A stretch of DNA of 64,000 nucleotides from Harriotta raleighana (GCA_050575255.1 JBNZDD010013726.1:9950618-10014617), one strand, 5' to 3'. Positions 50,600 to 64,000 are shown, counted from the stretch's first letter. Notes: a model not told the origin generated them from the sequence alone. A program made the numbers and translations.

Positions 50600-51200
50600 G
50601 ATCCACAAAACTAAATAAATAGTGTCTGATTGATTAATAAGCAGACTAATTCCAACTGAGCCTTGCACACTAAGAATGTAATTTACATTTCAAAAGCAGT
50701 AATGTGTTCATTCTTAAAGGGATCACACACATATTTCTCACCTCCAGTGAAATATGGGGGTATCAACCTAATTAAGGCACTCAGCTATCACTTAATATTT
50801 TAATTAACAGTCCAATATAAAGCCTTAATGCTGGTGTGCATTATAGCCATACATTAAAAAAAGTCTTTTTTTTGCTGTATATTCACTTAGCTCATTACTA
50901 GCTGTATGTTATGTTTGTCTTTGTTTAGTTTGCTGCTTTAACAAAAATAATCAGTGGAAGAGATTGAATGGTTCAGTCTGGCATTTTAATATTTCTTAAG
51001 TAAAAGTGTGAGCACCCCATGAAGGCTTGTAAATATTTAATGGATGATTGTCCAAGAACCCACAACATATGAATTCAATAACATTATCTTCTGGAACAAA
51101 TTAACACGTCTTACATTTGCATAAGGTTTAATGAAATCACTTCACTGCTCAGCCCATACCAAATCGCTGCACAGTTCATTATGTTTGAAAGTTCTGCAGC
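50600..51200. promoter_or_regulatory. CNE-like block
   Basis: TGATTGAT (Pbx-Hox type) at about 50627, ATTTGCAT octamer at 51115-51122, many TAATTA/TTAAT motifs, no repeat recognised. Confidence 0.3.
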
Positions 51201-52339
51201 AAATCATCTGTCAACTCCTTTTTTTTTAAAAAAAGGGGTTAATCTCTTGAGTTTTGTTGCTTTTGTTTTCAAATGCTTCCCGTTGTGTGTGTTTAAAATA
51301 TTGGATTAAATGAATGAGGAAACTCTTATCTCTTCTCGTATCAGTCATACTCAGAAGCAAGTCTATGCCAAAGGTGCTAGAGGAAGACAGTCCCAGCTGT
51401 CGTGCAGGCGAGTTCAGGATCCTGCTCAGTCCTCATGTTTCACAATTACCTCAGCTTCCTGTCTTGAATGGGAAACACTGCTATGGAGCACTTGTAAAAC
51501 ATTTACTGAAGGCTAAAACTATGAGGAGGTACTCGCACGTTAAACATCTGTTTTTTGCATTACAATGAAATTGAAGTAATGGTGTACAGTAGAGCTATAG
51601 CTTTCAATAAATATAAATCCTGTGATGACTTTACCTCACTTAGTTATTTAGGACTGACTAAAAGACCAAGTCTATACCACAGATGTTTTATTATAATACG
51701 TTTGTGCTTCAATGTAAATATTTTATATGTAGAAAACATATTTACAATTATTATTTTGTGACATTGTGTTGTGTTTTAATTGTTTGCATTTAAACAGCTT
51801 TAAAGCTAAAAACCTTGACCAAAACCACAATGTTAGGTTATTGCTACATTCACACCTTCTTACTATAGTATAACATTAGGAAAGTACTACGTACAGTAAA
51901 TATTGTAGATTTTATATTAACACAATGTAATGAGATACATATATGCAGGTAAAGACCAGTCATAAAGTCAAATTGAACATTTCTGTGCGTGTTTCTTCAG
52001 TTTGAGGAAGAAAGGTTTCACTTTAATCCCTGCCACAATTTCCTGCTTCTAACCGGAGAGCAAGGAAGATATTCTGAACTCTGTCAAGACACTTCCACAC
52101 AAGAAGAAAGTGTTCAGCAAACCATTCAGTGCTGCTCCTTTGCACTTTTTAGCAAACAGTTACAATTGGCATCAGAAAAAGGTCAGTTATTCACTTCCTC
52201 AGAAAGGGCATAATGAATGGGGAGGAAGGAAACATAAAGTGTGGAAGAAATAAAAAGGAATAAAACAAAATAAACTTGCAGGATCACCGCCAATAAAGTG
52301 TGGACAGAAATCAATAGGTTAGTCGTGTGAGAAAGCAAT

Positions 52340-52412
52340 CCCTGCCCAGGATTCAAACCCACGTTCTCTCATTTGCGAGTCAATAGCTCTAAGTGCTGAG
52401 CTACAAGACTCC
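52340..52412 (-). mobile_element. Isolated tRNA-like SINE head
   Basis: Minus ggagtcttgtagctcagc...gggtttgaatcctggg, homologous to the abundant SINE head. Confidence 0.75.
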
Positions 52413-52548
52413 CAACTTTGTAGCATTCCCTCACATAATGCTGTGGGTTTAATTACAGCTCTGTATTTCTCAATTAGCTATCTTACAAATTGAAACGATG
52501 AAGATTTAAATCATGTCACATATTGATTGCAAGGTGTCCTGATTGGGT

Positions 52549-52867
52549 GGAGGCCTGTAGCTCAGTGGTTAGAGCACTCAGCGTAGAAGCGAGAAACCTG
52601 GATTTGATTTCCAGCCGGGCGTAACTTTTGGCAAGTTTCCTTACTCCATGCGCCTGATAATAATCTCTAGAAAACAATCCTAAATTGGCCATCTCAAGCC
52701 AGGACTGTTTGTGGGACACCGCTGTGCGCATTTGGCTGACACGTCTCACCCACAAATACACAGTCACTTTACTTGTGTATTCTGTGAGGCGCTTTGAGAT
52801 GTCTAGGCGACGTGAAAAGTGATATATCAGAAATGCAAGGATGATTCTTACTCTTATTATCATTATT
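52549..52867 (+). mobile_element. Full-length abundant tRNA-derived SINE
   Basis: ggaggcctgtagctcagtggttagagcactc head, ttggcaagtttccttactcca body and L2-type tail. Confidence 0.95.
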
Positions 52868-53699
52868 GTGGAATGCAGAAAATATTCTCGGATGACCAAA
52901 ACCGTCGTCATCGTTGAAGGTTTATACAATCCCATCATTATGGAATATTTCCTCCATTGCCTTCTACATATCTGATACATAATATGTTCCCCCCCCCCCC
53001 CCTCCCCCAAGTGTTCTTGCTTTGTTTTTCTTCCGCCTTCAATCCCTGCTCCACACATCTTTCCCAGTTGCGAGGATCTGCTGCCATGATCTGTAGCTGG
53101 CAGTTTGGAGTTGTGAGAGACTCCCCTCTGATTTACTCTACCTTCCCGTGGGACAGTGACTACCCTCCAGGGTAGATGTGTTTACAAATCTACATCTTAC
53201 TGTTTACATGGAACGTGCACTCTGCTGTACTCTCCAGTTATCAGAGGGGGAAGGGGATAATTACAGAAATATTGTTAATAAAATAATAAGCAAGGTTACA
53301 TGTTTATTTTCACATTCATTTGAAAGAAAACAAACCCTGGTCCTAAATGCTATTGCTCATGGTGTAATGTACTACAGTAATTATTTTCACTTATTTTGCC
53401 TGCTGCAGAACATTGAATTCATCAGTTTATGGCAATTAAATCTGCTTGTTTTCAATAATGAATGCTTTCAATAATCAAGCTTTAGTTTTGATGAGAATAT
53501 CCATAATATACTTATTAGTGTGGGATTGTGAAGCAAGACTCTGGCATAGCTGAAGGATTCTTATAACATTATAACGGATGAGACCAATAGATGTACTTTA
53601 CTGACTATTCCACTGGAGGACATGTCATATCCTTTAACTCACAGGGATGAGATTTGCCAAACATATTTCACCTTGAAACTTTACTACCAACATAAGGGA

Positions 53700-54140
53700 G
53701 GACTATTCATCTTAACTTGCCACCAAGTCCCATCACACCTGACTCCTCCCTACCACTCTGATCTACTTATTCCCCAATCAAACACCAGCCACCTCTGTTT
53801 GGCTGGTCCAAACAGGCTGATGCCCATCCGACTTGAAAGGCGCTCCAAAAAGGTAATTTTGTGGTTATTGTTGTTGTTGTTGACTGGGTGGCTCCAGCCT
53901 CCCTCTTGTCCTTCATCTCCTCCATTCATTCCACCATCGATAGCCAGGCTTTCAAATTTGGAACTCTCTTCCCTCAAATCCCTCCACCTTGCTNTCATCT
54001 CCTCCATTCATTCCACCATCGATAGCCAGGCTTTCAAATTTGGAGCTCTCTTCCCTCAAATCCCTCCTCCTTCAACTTTTTCAGATCACACTTGAAGACC
54101 TTCCTCTTTGACTGTGCTCACAGTCACCTCCTCCCACCCC
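53700..54140 (+). mobile_element. Decayed L2 fragment with a second L2 tail nested at about 53810-53881
   Basis: ctccctaccactctgatctac...; insert gacttgaaaggcgctc...(ttg)n; resumes and reaches aagaccttcctctttgactgtgc. Confidence 0.7.
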
Positions 54141-54689
54141 AGTGGGCATGTTTTTGACCTTGTTGGTTTGCTCAATGGATTGCTTAAATGGTCTGATTGC
54201 TTAATAGCCTTCAGTATTGGAGATAGTGAGGCAATTTCTATTTTCTTTAGGCTGGGTGGTGAACTGCTCATTGGGTAGAGAAATCTCCATCCTGGTCAGT
54301 GAGAAATCAGACCTGAAGACCTAGCTTTTTAAAAACCCAAGATTTACTCCAGAATATTCGCGGGTGAAATACTGCAAAATGCATAGATTCTATATCATCG
54401 GACTTTCTAATTACAATTTCATCCACGTTGATATTAATATTACTGTTTCTATTTCTTGAGGTTAAAATAAAATAAAGAGCACGTTATCAGATTAAATAAA
54501 AATAATAGTGTTATATTATTGTTATATGAAGCCAAATATAATTTAATGTGCTCCTTTTTCAGCAAAATTGCAATACCAAGACTGCATATAATAGGGTGAC
54601 CTTTTTAAGATATTTACAGAATACTATTAATAAAAGCGCTTATAACTTTCTGCAATATACTTTTAAAGGCAGAATGTCAGCACCAAAGC

Positions 54690-55031
54690 GTCTAACCTGG
54701 CACTTCCCTCTGTCTCCGAACTGCTCGATCCCCAATCCACCACCCGGGACCTCTGCTCGACTGGCATCAGCTTCCTGCTCGTCCTTCGCACCCTCTGCCC
54801 CACCATCGGAGGTCGCAGTTTCAGCTACTGCGCTCACTCAATCCCTTCGCCTTGCCCCTCACTCCTGTTTCTCAAGTCCCACATGAAAGCCTTTCTTCTT
54901 CGACTGTGTTCGCTGCCACCACCCCTCCAACCCAAGCAGGCTCGGAGTCAGGCTCCGTCACTGTTAAACGTTCTGAGATACTACCCTACATGGAGGATGC
55001 TGTATAAGTGCAAGTTGTTATCGTTGTTATT
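54690..55031 (+). mobile_element. L2 3' fragment
   Basis: ccctctgtctccgaactgctc...ccaccatcggaggtcgcagtttcagc...tttcttcttcgactgtg...tgcaagttgttatcgttgtt. Confidence 0.8.
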
Positions 55032-58000
55032 GAAATGACGTCCTATGAACATAGTTGCCATAAACAAGCTGGACAAAAATTTAACACCAAAACCTGAATG
55101 CAGGGAAATTGGGGTTTGAGATTGTTGGACTACTGGAAGACTACAAAACTAATGGCAGCAACGTAGCTGCTTTTACATCAAGGATCTGGAGCTTAATCAA
55201 TGATGACAACAAGGCAATAATCACCTCCTGGGTTGCTCTAGCATCGATGTACTGTACGTATGTACTATGTACGTTACAGTACTATGTACGTACAAGGAGG
55301 ATAAGTTGAGGGAAGGCGAGGAGGTTGAGGCCAAGTCCATCAGGCATACAGGATATCACAGAAAATATGATGCCTATTCAGGCAGAATTTTTTTCATTAT
55401 CTGTACCACCCGCAATGAACAGAGTGGACAGTCAGGCCATGGCCTGATCCCAGGTGATGCACTGGGTCAACTGTGTTAGTCTCTACAACATGTCGATCAC
55501 GCAGGTGAGAAAGCTGTGAGAACAGTTGAAGGCCCAGTGCAAAGTTAAGATCAATACAACACAATGCTGAAGATGATACCGCTGTGAGATAGGTATCACG
55601 GGAATTTGGTTGTCAGGGTAGTGGCTTTGCTGGGAGGCGGGAAAGCCAGGTCTGTTGGGAGATTGTGTTACTGGTGCTCTCCCTCGGCGCATTCCCGGGG
55701 AGGTGTACCTTACAGTTTGAGAACGTCTGGATTAAAGTATTGTTAAGGATATGGAGATGTCAAAGAAAAGAAACAAGAAGGACAGTTTCATTCTACCACA
55801 TCGATATTTATATACACTGTGATGGAGGGCAGGATTTGGACATTTTACGAGCAGCGGATTAGCAAGTCAATGACTAGATTTGATGGTTTTTTTTTTAACT
55901 TGGCAACAGAACACAAATCTCTCTGCTGCATGTAGAAATATACTGGTATTCAACTGAATTTTCAACAAAATCAGAACTGATCGTTTTCGATATCAACGCA
56001 AAGGGATTCGAGTAATAATATAAATAAGCACGGTGACATATTTACCATGTCCATCTGCTTTCCATAACATTTTTGAATGTCTTGGTGCTCAGCTGAGTTC
56101 CAGTATATTGTGACCACCAGGACCTGAATTAGAAGTTTGCCTAAGAGAAGGTTGTTGTTTGTGAGAGTTCAGAAATGCAATTCTGTAGATTTTGTGCTAC
56201 AAATAACTAATGCTATACAAATTAAAGAACCTTGAGTGCAAAGTTTTAAAAAATTCACACATTTGCCATCAATTTTTAAAATGTTTTAAATCCAAAGAAG
56301 TAAAAATTTAATTTGGCATGGCATCAAATCCATTTGTACAGTTTTTAAAATTAAAAATGCAGCCCTTGCTATCAAAATTTAGAGAAGAGCCTTCATCTTC
56401 TACTCCTTTGAGAACCAAAGTCTAAAAAATTACGATACAGTAATGTCATATTTCCTAACAGCCTAACAGCAGCACAGCCAACCCATCAAGGTACATTTGA
56501 AAGGGTCAATAACCTTGAAAGCTTTTCAGGATACCTTTGCACTAGAACCTTGATTATTTTTTGTTAACCAGATATTCAGGCTATACAACGCTAAACAGTC
56601 AAATTGGAGTATTTGGTGGGTTGCGATAAAGATGGTAAAAAATGTTGTTTGGTACGCGTTTACGAAGCTTGATTGCTGACGTATTTAGCATTCCCAGCTG
56701 GTTGGATTCCCCTTGCAGAATCATGGATGTCATTTTGTTTCACGAAACAGTAAAGATTTTTTCTATCTATTCTTTCAGATTTGTATCAGTTGACCAGATA
56801 GCATGCTATCTTGACTGGTTCATGGGCACACGTATATAAAGGGAACGCGACTGAAGGTAATGCTCCCAATGATGTTGATGTGATCACCTTAGCCTTGACT
56901 GGCTTCTCAGATCTAACGCTGTGCTCTAAGTCTTAAATCAAATCTTGAAAGGTTGGGTTATACCAAGTGATCACAATGTCAATGGATGAGCAAAACAACA
57001 GCTTTATTATTTAAACACAATAACATCAAATACATATTTCAAATTAAATCTGGATTACAATTCTTGCACAGTGAGGCACTATCAACACAGTGAACCAAAT
57101 CCAGCTTGTTTAGATTGCAAATTCTGGCTGATACATATGTCAGTTGTCCAGCTAATAAATTGAAGATCTGAAATGCACTGCAGTTTTACTCGCACAACAA
57201 AGCCAACTGTTTCCTGTCGAAAACCATCTGAACAATTGGATCAAATGTGTGTGCAATACTGGAAACCATGCCAGTATTGGCATGCTGATAAGTCACTGAT
57301 CAGTAATCTCATCTGTAATTGATTCAAATGTAAATTGAATTACTCAATTATAAATTCCTTATTCTGGACAGTCCTATGTTTAACCATGTCACAATAGTTT
57401 CATAACGCATTGTAAATTCTAATGTGCTTTCCAGCAACAGATATCTGTATGGATTGTACAGAACAGAATGGAAAGTGGAATACAAATGCTCGTGTGTGAA
57501 ATCCGATTGGAAAATAGACATATATATATATATACACACCTGGTTTCACATTTTAGCTCAGACCTATCTGTTTCTGGAGGGACCCCTCAGAACTGATCCA
57601 TAAATAAGTGGTAAGCCACATGAATATCGAAAGTGCATTTTTTTTTAGTAATATTTTATTTCAAAGTGGCATGAATAATGAAGAAATATTCTTAGGATAC
57701 ATTAAATACAAAAAATGCTAATATAGTCCAATCTTGATAATATATTGTATAGTTGATATATGATTGCAGCAAGAAATATCTAATATAAGTATCACACGAT
57801 ATACATGATTATTTGCAATATCAATATACAGTAAGTCAAACAATTGTGATTTTGACTTGTATTCCTTTTTTGTTAGTTCACAACAATTATTCTTCCTTTA
57901 ATGAGAATAATTTCTTAAATGCTATACATTTTAAGCATGGGTTATAATGTTATTAAAAGTCCTTGATGTATAGGAACTGTGTAGTTTACAAAATCATAAG

Positions 58001-58654
58001 AAAGATTCAGATTTCTTCTTCTAGAATACCAACTGTACTGTCCTCATATTTCAGTCAAACTGCCTGGCCCTCGATGACCCTATCTGATAAAAGATGTTGA
58101 ATACACTCATTGTGAAGAAATACTTCTGTCTTAAACATTTTCTTCATGACTCTGAACCTGGAAAATATTAAAGTATTACAGTATTACCCGGTAGTCAGTT
58201 CCTGAGCCAGATGGGTCCATAGTATTCCAGGGCATTGCTGACGACAACACAGTCAGCCTGGTTCTTTGGCTGGATCTGGAAGGGCAGACTAGTCTCTGGG
58301 GTCAGGGAGTTGTCCCACTCAGCTCATGATATCCTTGCAAGCCAAAGCCCTAATTGGTGGTGGACAGGCAGCGGGAAAGTTTACTGAACAGCAATATCAA
58401 AAGCAAGGTTTTGGGGTTTTAGCTGGTTGTTACCTCCACACACACATTCTGAGGTTCCCAAGCCATGGCTCTTAACAACCTGTACCTAATATTTCCCAGA
58501 ATAAAGTAAGGACCTCAGAAGGTTAGGGAGAGGGTACACATTCAATTGCAACAATCTGTCTCTTGGATTTCCATGTGTAGGCGGGATGCATGGAAATTTC
58601 ATCTTGGTTTGGATACTCTTAAGCATCGTGTTGGTTTTCAACACCCAGTTGACC

Positions 58655-59110
58655 AAACAAAAAAGTAATCAAAACTGTTCACAATACTCCAGGTATGATG
58701 TACAGCTTGAACGTAACTTCTGGAACCCAAATGATGTGTCTATCCTGTTTCCCTTGTTTGTTGCTGCTTCACACTGTCTGAGCATTGTGAGCGCTGAATT
58801 AACTAACAACTCTAAATCTCTGTCAACTTCCAGCTCCTCAAGCTCTTTCTTATCCATCAAGTACATGTGCTTCCTATTGTTACTTCCTATATGAAAAATC
58901 TTTCATTTATCTACATTGAACATGATTGTCAGTAATCTATCCAGGTGCATCCCATTTAAGTTCTTGGCTGCCATCTCTTATTCCATGGTCTTCCTCACAG
59001 CTTTTTATACCCAACCCAGAACTCTAAATCCCCGCTCCCCTCCCCTCCTCCCCCCTCACCCCCACCTTCCTCAAAGCATTCTTAATTTCATCCAGTTACA
59101 ATGACCAGCT
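58655..59110 (-). mobile_element. CR1 RT-region fragment
   Basis: ORF 58669-58866 reads YLMDKKELEELEVDRDLELLVNSAL...QCEAATNKGNR...LEYCEQF, matching CR1 ExDLGV...QCxxAxxKANR...LEYCVQFW. Confidence 0.85.
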
Positions 59111-62100
59111 GCTTTGTTCCCATTATTTGTGAGGAATTTCTATTCGTGTCATTGGGGTTGTCTATGCGCAACTCCATATAATTAAACATTGGAGGGAGGG
59201 AGAAATCACGTCTTCTAGAAGCAAGCAGTCTTAATAGTAAAGTCAATGCATTCTTTTGTTAACATCTCCCCAAAATGAAGGCACTATGGAACTGACCTTC
59301 AGGAAAATGGGATTATGCCTCCCGGCTCTCACTAGCAAAAATCATGTGTGTGCAATATCAACCCCTTCATAATAGCGTATACAGGTAATGAAACTTGACA
59401 ACATTATTCTAGCATATTGCATTTGAGATGTTACTTCATAATTTGATGAGATTAGGGTAGAATCAAAACATACGCCTATTCATACCTTTGACTCCCAAAT
59501 TATCTGGTGTCCTGGCCACCAATAAAAATTACATTTGGAAGATGGAGTAAAGAAATAAGCTGATTAAATAAAATATTTTCCCAACAGTAATAAATAGACA
59601 CACATCATCACACATTCATATGAATATGTATTAGCATCCATGCTAAGTGAGTACAATTAAACATTGTTGCTAAACAATTCTGAATCATCAAAGTGGTTTT
59701 ATCAGGAAGTCATCTTATCGACGTTTGATCTGCTCTGCTGACCCTAATGGAACTTCAATCATGGTCAGGAAAAGGTTTCCTATAACAGGAGGTCTGTAAT
59801 AACAACGTTCTGTAATGGTATGACTGTAAAATGCAATGATGAAGAGATTTTATAGTTAGCAGGAATCAACTATCCAATTGGTTCACATATTTTTCACATC
59901 AAGAGAATATAAGATCGCCTTTCACATCTCAGATAATCCTCTCCATCTCCCATCTCATATGCTTCCTTGTATACAGCTGTAATTGTGTAAGAGCAAACTT
60001 ACATCCAATTACAATATCTCTTCACAACATTACTTCTTGGTATATTGTTTGTAAACCTAAATTCTGGATTAATTTGGTTACGTTGACATAACTTGTTTGA
60101 ACTCAGTAGTCTCACTGCATTCTAGTGAATAAAAAAAACTTATTAAAATGTAAGACTGCTTCACTGTTCTCCAAATAGTAGATTCCAGTTTTTAAGTAAA
60201 CTAATACAATCTTAGGTTGTACTGTGTAAAATGCACAAATGTACATCAGATTGCTTCCAATAATACATGTACCCAGGTCATTCTAAAATATCTGAACACA
60301 GTACTCCATGCTTAGCAATACCACGATGGCCAAATGCTGTAAAGATATTGTACAGAGAAATACAGTAGATGAAACTGTATGTTGGAACGGGGTTTCTATT
60401 TTGTCCCTTTGCTCAAATCTCGGAATGTATAAAACAGATCCGCTGTCTGGGATATTTGATGCTAATAATTATAATGAAATAAATGAGAAGGGGAGGTAAG
60501 TGAAAGAACTAAAACCACATTGCTCCTAAGACTTCTGAGTTCATACTTTACATTGACATAACGTCTTGTCAATAGTCACGCTTTATTCCACCTTCGAGCT
60601 TATACAGGAAATATAGTTCATTCACCAAATTGCTACATTGGGCTACCTCCTTAACTGTCCGTTTCCCATATGGTAAATTTCAACAACAAAAAATTCCAGT
60701 TCAAAATGTGTCACCATCATAACGATAGATTCCCCGTGGGTTTCCAGAATCTTTTACAGAAGACTGTTAGAGATTTATTACACATGAACATCAAACATGG
60801 TTTTAATATACTTCTCATTTGAATCAAATTGACACATTTTACATTCTTTGAAACATAATGAAATTCCCTTACAACACATCATATTATAAATGACCTCAAC
60901 ATTTTGAATTTATGGTATGGGTCCGACCTATAATTCAGCACTCAGTGGCAAATATTTTACTTTTTCAAGTTTTAAAAGAGAAAAGGATTAAACGTGTTAT
61001 GGTTCCCCAAACACTGGCTCCATTGACATTCCTAAATTGAAACGAATCATGAAGTTGAAATGCATGGGTTGGAAGAATTTAGTGACATAGGTGCTGACAT
61101 GAATCGTAAATATATTAAATTTGTTTACAAGACCTTAAAATAATATTCCTCAGATTGTCTTATACAAGGTATTAAGAAGAAAGGAAGAGACGTAGCTTGT
61201 TGTTTCTGGAAAGAATTTCTGAATTTTGCGCAGGCAGATAACAAATGCCAGTTTGTTAATGTAACTAATTGAACTTATCTTGTGGATCTTTAAGGTGTTG
61301 TTCACTTCCTAGTTATTACATGTAATTTTTCTCCTAATTTTAAAGTCTGCAATTTGAAGTACTGCAAAATGAGTATGTTATAATAAGCATCAAGGAATTA
61401 GTGGTTTTTGATGTACTGATTGGGAGGCATTTAAGAAATCTTTCTTCGCCCATTTAGCATAAAGTATGCCTTCATACACAAGCAGAAATATAAAGCAAAG
61501 GGTCACTTTCTTTAGTTTACCAAGGAGCATAGAGGGCATAAGAACAAGTAACATGTCCTATTTTATGACAGATTATTTACTGGTCCACATGTCACATGGC
61601 AGCAATACACATCTCAAATAAATTGCAAAATAAGTACAGTGTGCGTGAGTTGATGGAAGTTCTCTTAATTTCCAAGTGTGCACGTTAGTTTCTATAAAGT
61701 GATTGTTTCTAACTCAATAGGTAAGAGCAAAGGAATGCGCCTACATTAAAGCGACTTCCGGAAGCCATCCATTATGAGGCTCTATTTTGCAGTGGAGGTC
61801 AATTTCAGGAATGTTTAGTTTGCTTAAGATAAACTGAATAAATGCACTAGTCACTCCGGGACATCGGCTTTTGCTTATTTTTCACACGCCATGTTCTCAA
61901 TCGTATCAGGGCCATCGGAGTGTCTTCTGAGAGTGAAGCTGGGAACCTACTCGCAACAAATGAGGGATATGGGAGGTTGAGCCACCCACGCCTTGCTTAA
62001 CAGGAGCCAGTTACAGTGTGATATTGCCAGAAGCTTAATGACAAGTCGTCGGCTTCCTGCCTTCTTGGCTGATAATGGTCGCTGGTGAAGAGGGACTGTG

Positions 62101-63477
62101 TCACTGACCTTTAATTTTGTCCCAAATTTAAATTTTGGCACTGGTAAATAGCCATTGGTAAGGGACTGATATCAGCCACGTAAATATATAAGCTTCACAT
62201 TTCGTACATTGATCCCAATGCAAAATCTGGAATATTTTCAGAATTGACGGTGCTTGGAAGAAAATCATTTAATAAATGGTCTCTTTATCGCTTGACTATA
62301 ATATGAAGCAAATGTGGCAACTGTGAAGAACTGTAGCTTTGAGGGCTTTTTTATTTAACGCTGAACTGAATTTTCATCATTTGAGATGAGCTATAAGGTC
62401 ATTCTGACACCAATGTAGAAAAGAAACAAATTTAGGCTGTACAATTTGTGCAACATGAGAGATTTATAGAAATTTTTTCACTGTTGGACAGTTAATCCAA
62501 CCACTATTTCTGTACAATTGCAATGAACTTTTCGAAAAGTGCTTACACATCATGTCTTTATAAATGTATATATATAAAAGTAATGCAAACTTACAACAGA
62601 TATAAACTGTCACTAGTAAAGATCAGTGTGAAAATAATAACTTTTCTGATCTCAGGTCGAAAATGACTTGACGTTAAGGACCGGGAATATAAGAAAGTAA
62701 TTTTAGTGATCTTTCAAAAATTATAGTTTCACCGTAGTACAGTATTAATTCAAAGGAAGATTAAAGTATAACACAATTCTATGTAAATGTTAAAAAATCA
62801 TCTTTCCGAGACAAGTTGGTGTTTTGGATTCCTTAACCAAGTCCAGCTCTGAGCCCTGGATAATCAGACCTCCCATAGTAGACATTAACTGGTTGAGAGG
62901 CACTCTGGTATGTAACGCAGGGAACAATACTGGGAAGGGAGCCAAAGTAGGAATACTGGCGCCTGGAACCTAGGGATTTGCCTCCTAGTAATAATACAAC
63001 TTGAACGAGGCCTAGCAGTTCTGTTAGGTTGGAAATGGCATACTGTGATCAATGCCTTTGCCAAAGGGATTTAAATTGGGGGAAAGGCTGGCAAGTCAAA
63101 ATCTTCCAGTTTTCATACTGTGTGCTGAATTGAGCGCAGGAAATAAAAATAAAGGGGGTGAAATACAGCAGTCTATTAAATGCTATATCATGAATGCAAC
63201 CTTGAAGTGATTTTTTTTTTTTTTTCTGATCATGCTTTGCCACCCAGAAAGCACAGACATAAAACAGAAAGTTAAAACTGCTGTCATTCAGAGAAAGGCA
63301 CGCAAACATGAAATTATTGACAGGAGCTCTAAAAATGACAGCAGTAGAAATTGTGCAGTTGAATCTATTCCCCAAGTACCTGAACCATATAATGTTCTTA
63401 TTAATTCTATTTGGAATTGTTAAAATAAGTGAGGTTACAGGCTGAAGAAGAGACCCGGTTTCCTCATGAATACTTAC

Positions 63478-63783
63478 CTTGCTTCTTCCCCGGTGTCCTT
63501 GGGCTGTCATGGCCAACCTTTGAAGCTGTATCTGATTATCCATGCAGCAATTAATCATAATTAAGCAGGGCTGAGAATTGGAAAGGTAGAGGGAGGGTGG
63601 CTGTAGATCTGGCATTCATCCTGAGCAGACTCTGTTCCCTTTTGGCTTGAGGACCACTTGTTTGGTTCCATGTTTTTTAGAAAATGACCCCCCTGTGATA
63701 TGTCCCATTTGTGTTTTGGTAATCCTGGCTGAACCTGGTTCCAAAGCACTTGAATTTGTGCCACGTCCAAGAAGGAAAAAGAG
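63478..63783 (-). other. Candidate exon (5'-UTR, or short ORF MDNQIQLQRLAMTAQGHRGRSK in phase 0)
   Basis: Consensus donor AAG|GTAAGT at 63477; possible acceptor aatttatttccag at 63784-63785. Confidence 0.35.
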
Positions 63784-64000
63784 CTGGAAATAAATTACAT
63801 TCCCGGTGCCAAATGACTTAAATTAAACATTTAAAATACAATGTTTTTTTGTTGACAAAAAACTAATATCCACCAAAACACTTACATCATATTAAAGGTT
63901 GCCTCAGTGATTATAAATACAAGTACTGTTTCATTTTCATCATACTGTATTTCTTTGTTATCTCGCTTGGTGCCTTTTTTAATCCATGAGTATTCATTCC

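Noticed and set aside
51310-51568. Two overlapping short plus-strand ORFs
   Set aside because: No recognisable homology and only a weak donor; consistent with chance
10648-54065. Seven more duplicates at n = 10712, 13577, 16586, 31375, 34874, 45721 and 53994
   Set aside because: Same single-n overlap pattern with small indels or SNPs; treated as assembly artefacts that may record heterozygous sites. Read depth or long reads would confirm
55300-55760. Possible old minus-strand L2 (IPISQRYHLQ...LILTL)
   Set aside because: Similarity is too weak to call without an alignment
59770-59828. Possible Tc1/pogo TIR ending in actg+ta
   Set aside because: No matching opposite terminus found
63049-63615. 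188-aa ORF
   Set aside because: It runs through a consensus donor into AT-rich intron-like sequence with a poly-A-derived K run; only the part before the donor is kept as a candidate exon

Overview
AT-rich vertebrate genomic DNA, almost entirely non-coding. The repeat set (an abundant tRNA-derived SINE with an L2-type tail, Deu-domain/SacSINE1-like SINEs, LF-SINE-like copies, L2, CR1, a fish-type L1 fragment and a shark-type Penelope-like tail) points to a cartilaginous fish, most plausibly a chimaera; that is inferred from recalled consensus sequences, not from a database search. I found no complete host gene. The only long ORF I can identify (7977-8792) is the 3' part of an L2 LINE ORF2. 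Several minus-strand splice donors and promoter-like patches (about 63.5 kb, 21.4/20.8 kb, 17.8 kb, 9.6 kb and 1.4 kb) could be alternative 5' exons of one large multi-promoter gene whose shared coding exons lie left of the window, but I cannot name it. There are four N gaps and eight single-n junctions flanked by near-identical duplicates, which I treat as assembly overlaps of two alleles. I see no firm evidence of a new biological system. The best leads are the candidate first-exon series, two pre-miRNA-like hairpins (one built from tail-to-tail SINE ends), modular SINE/L2 tail sharing, LF-SINE-like elements, a decayed Harbinger-type Myb/SANT remnant and a degenerate two-motif array at 647-950. 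All coordinates were read by eye and repeat boundaries are approximate.
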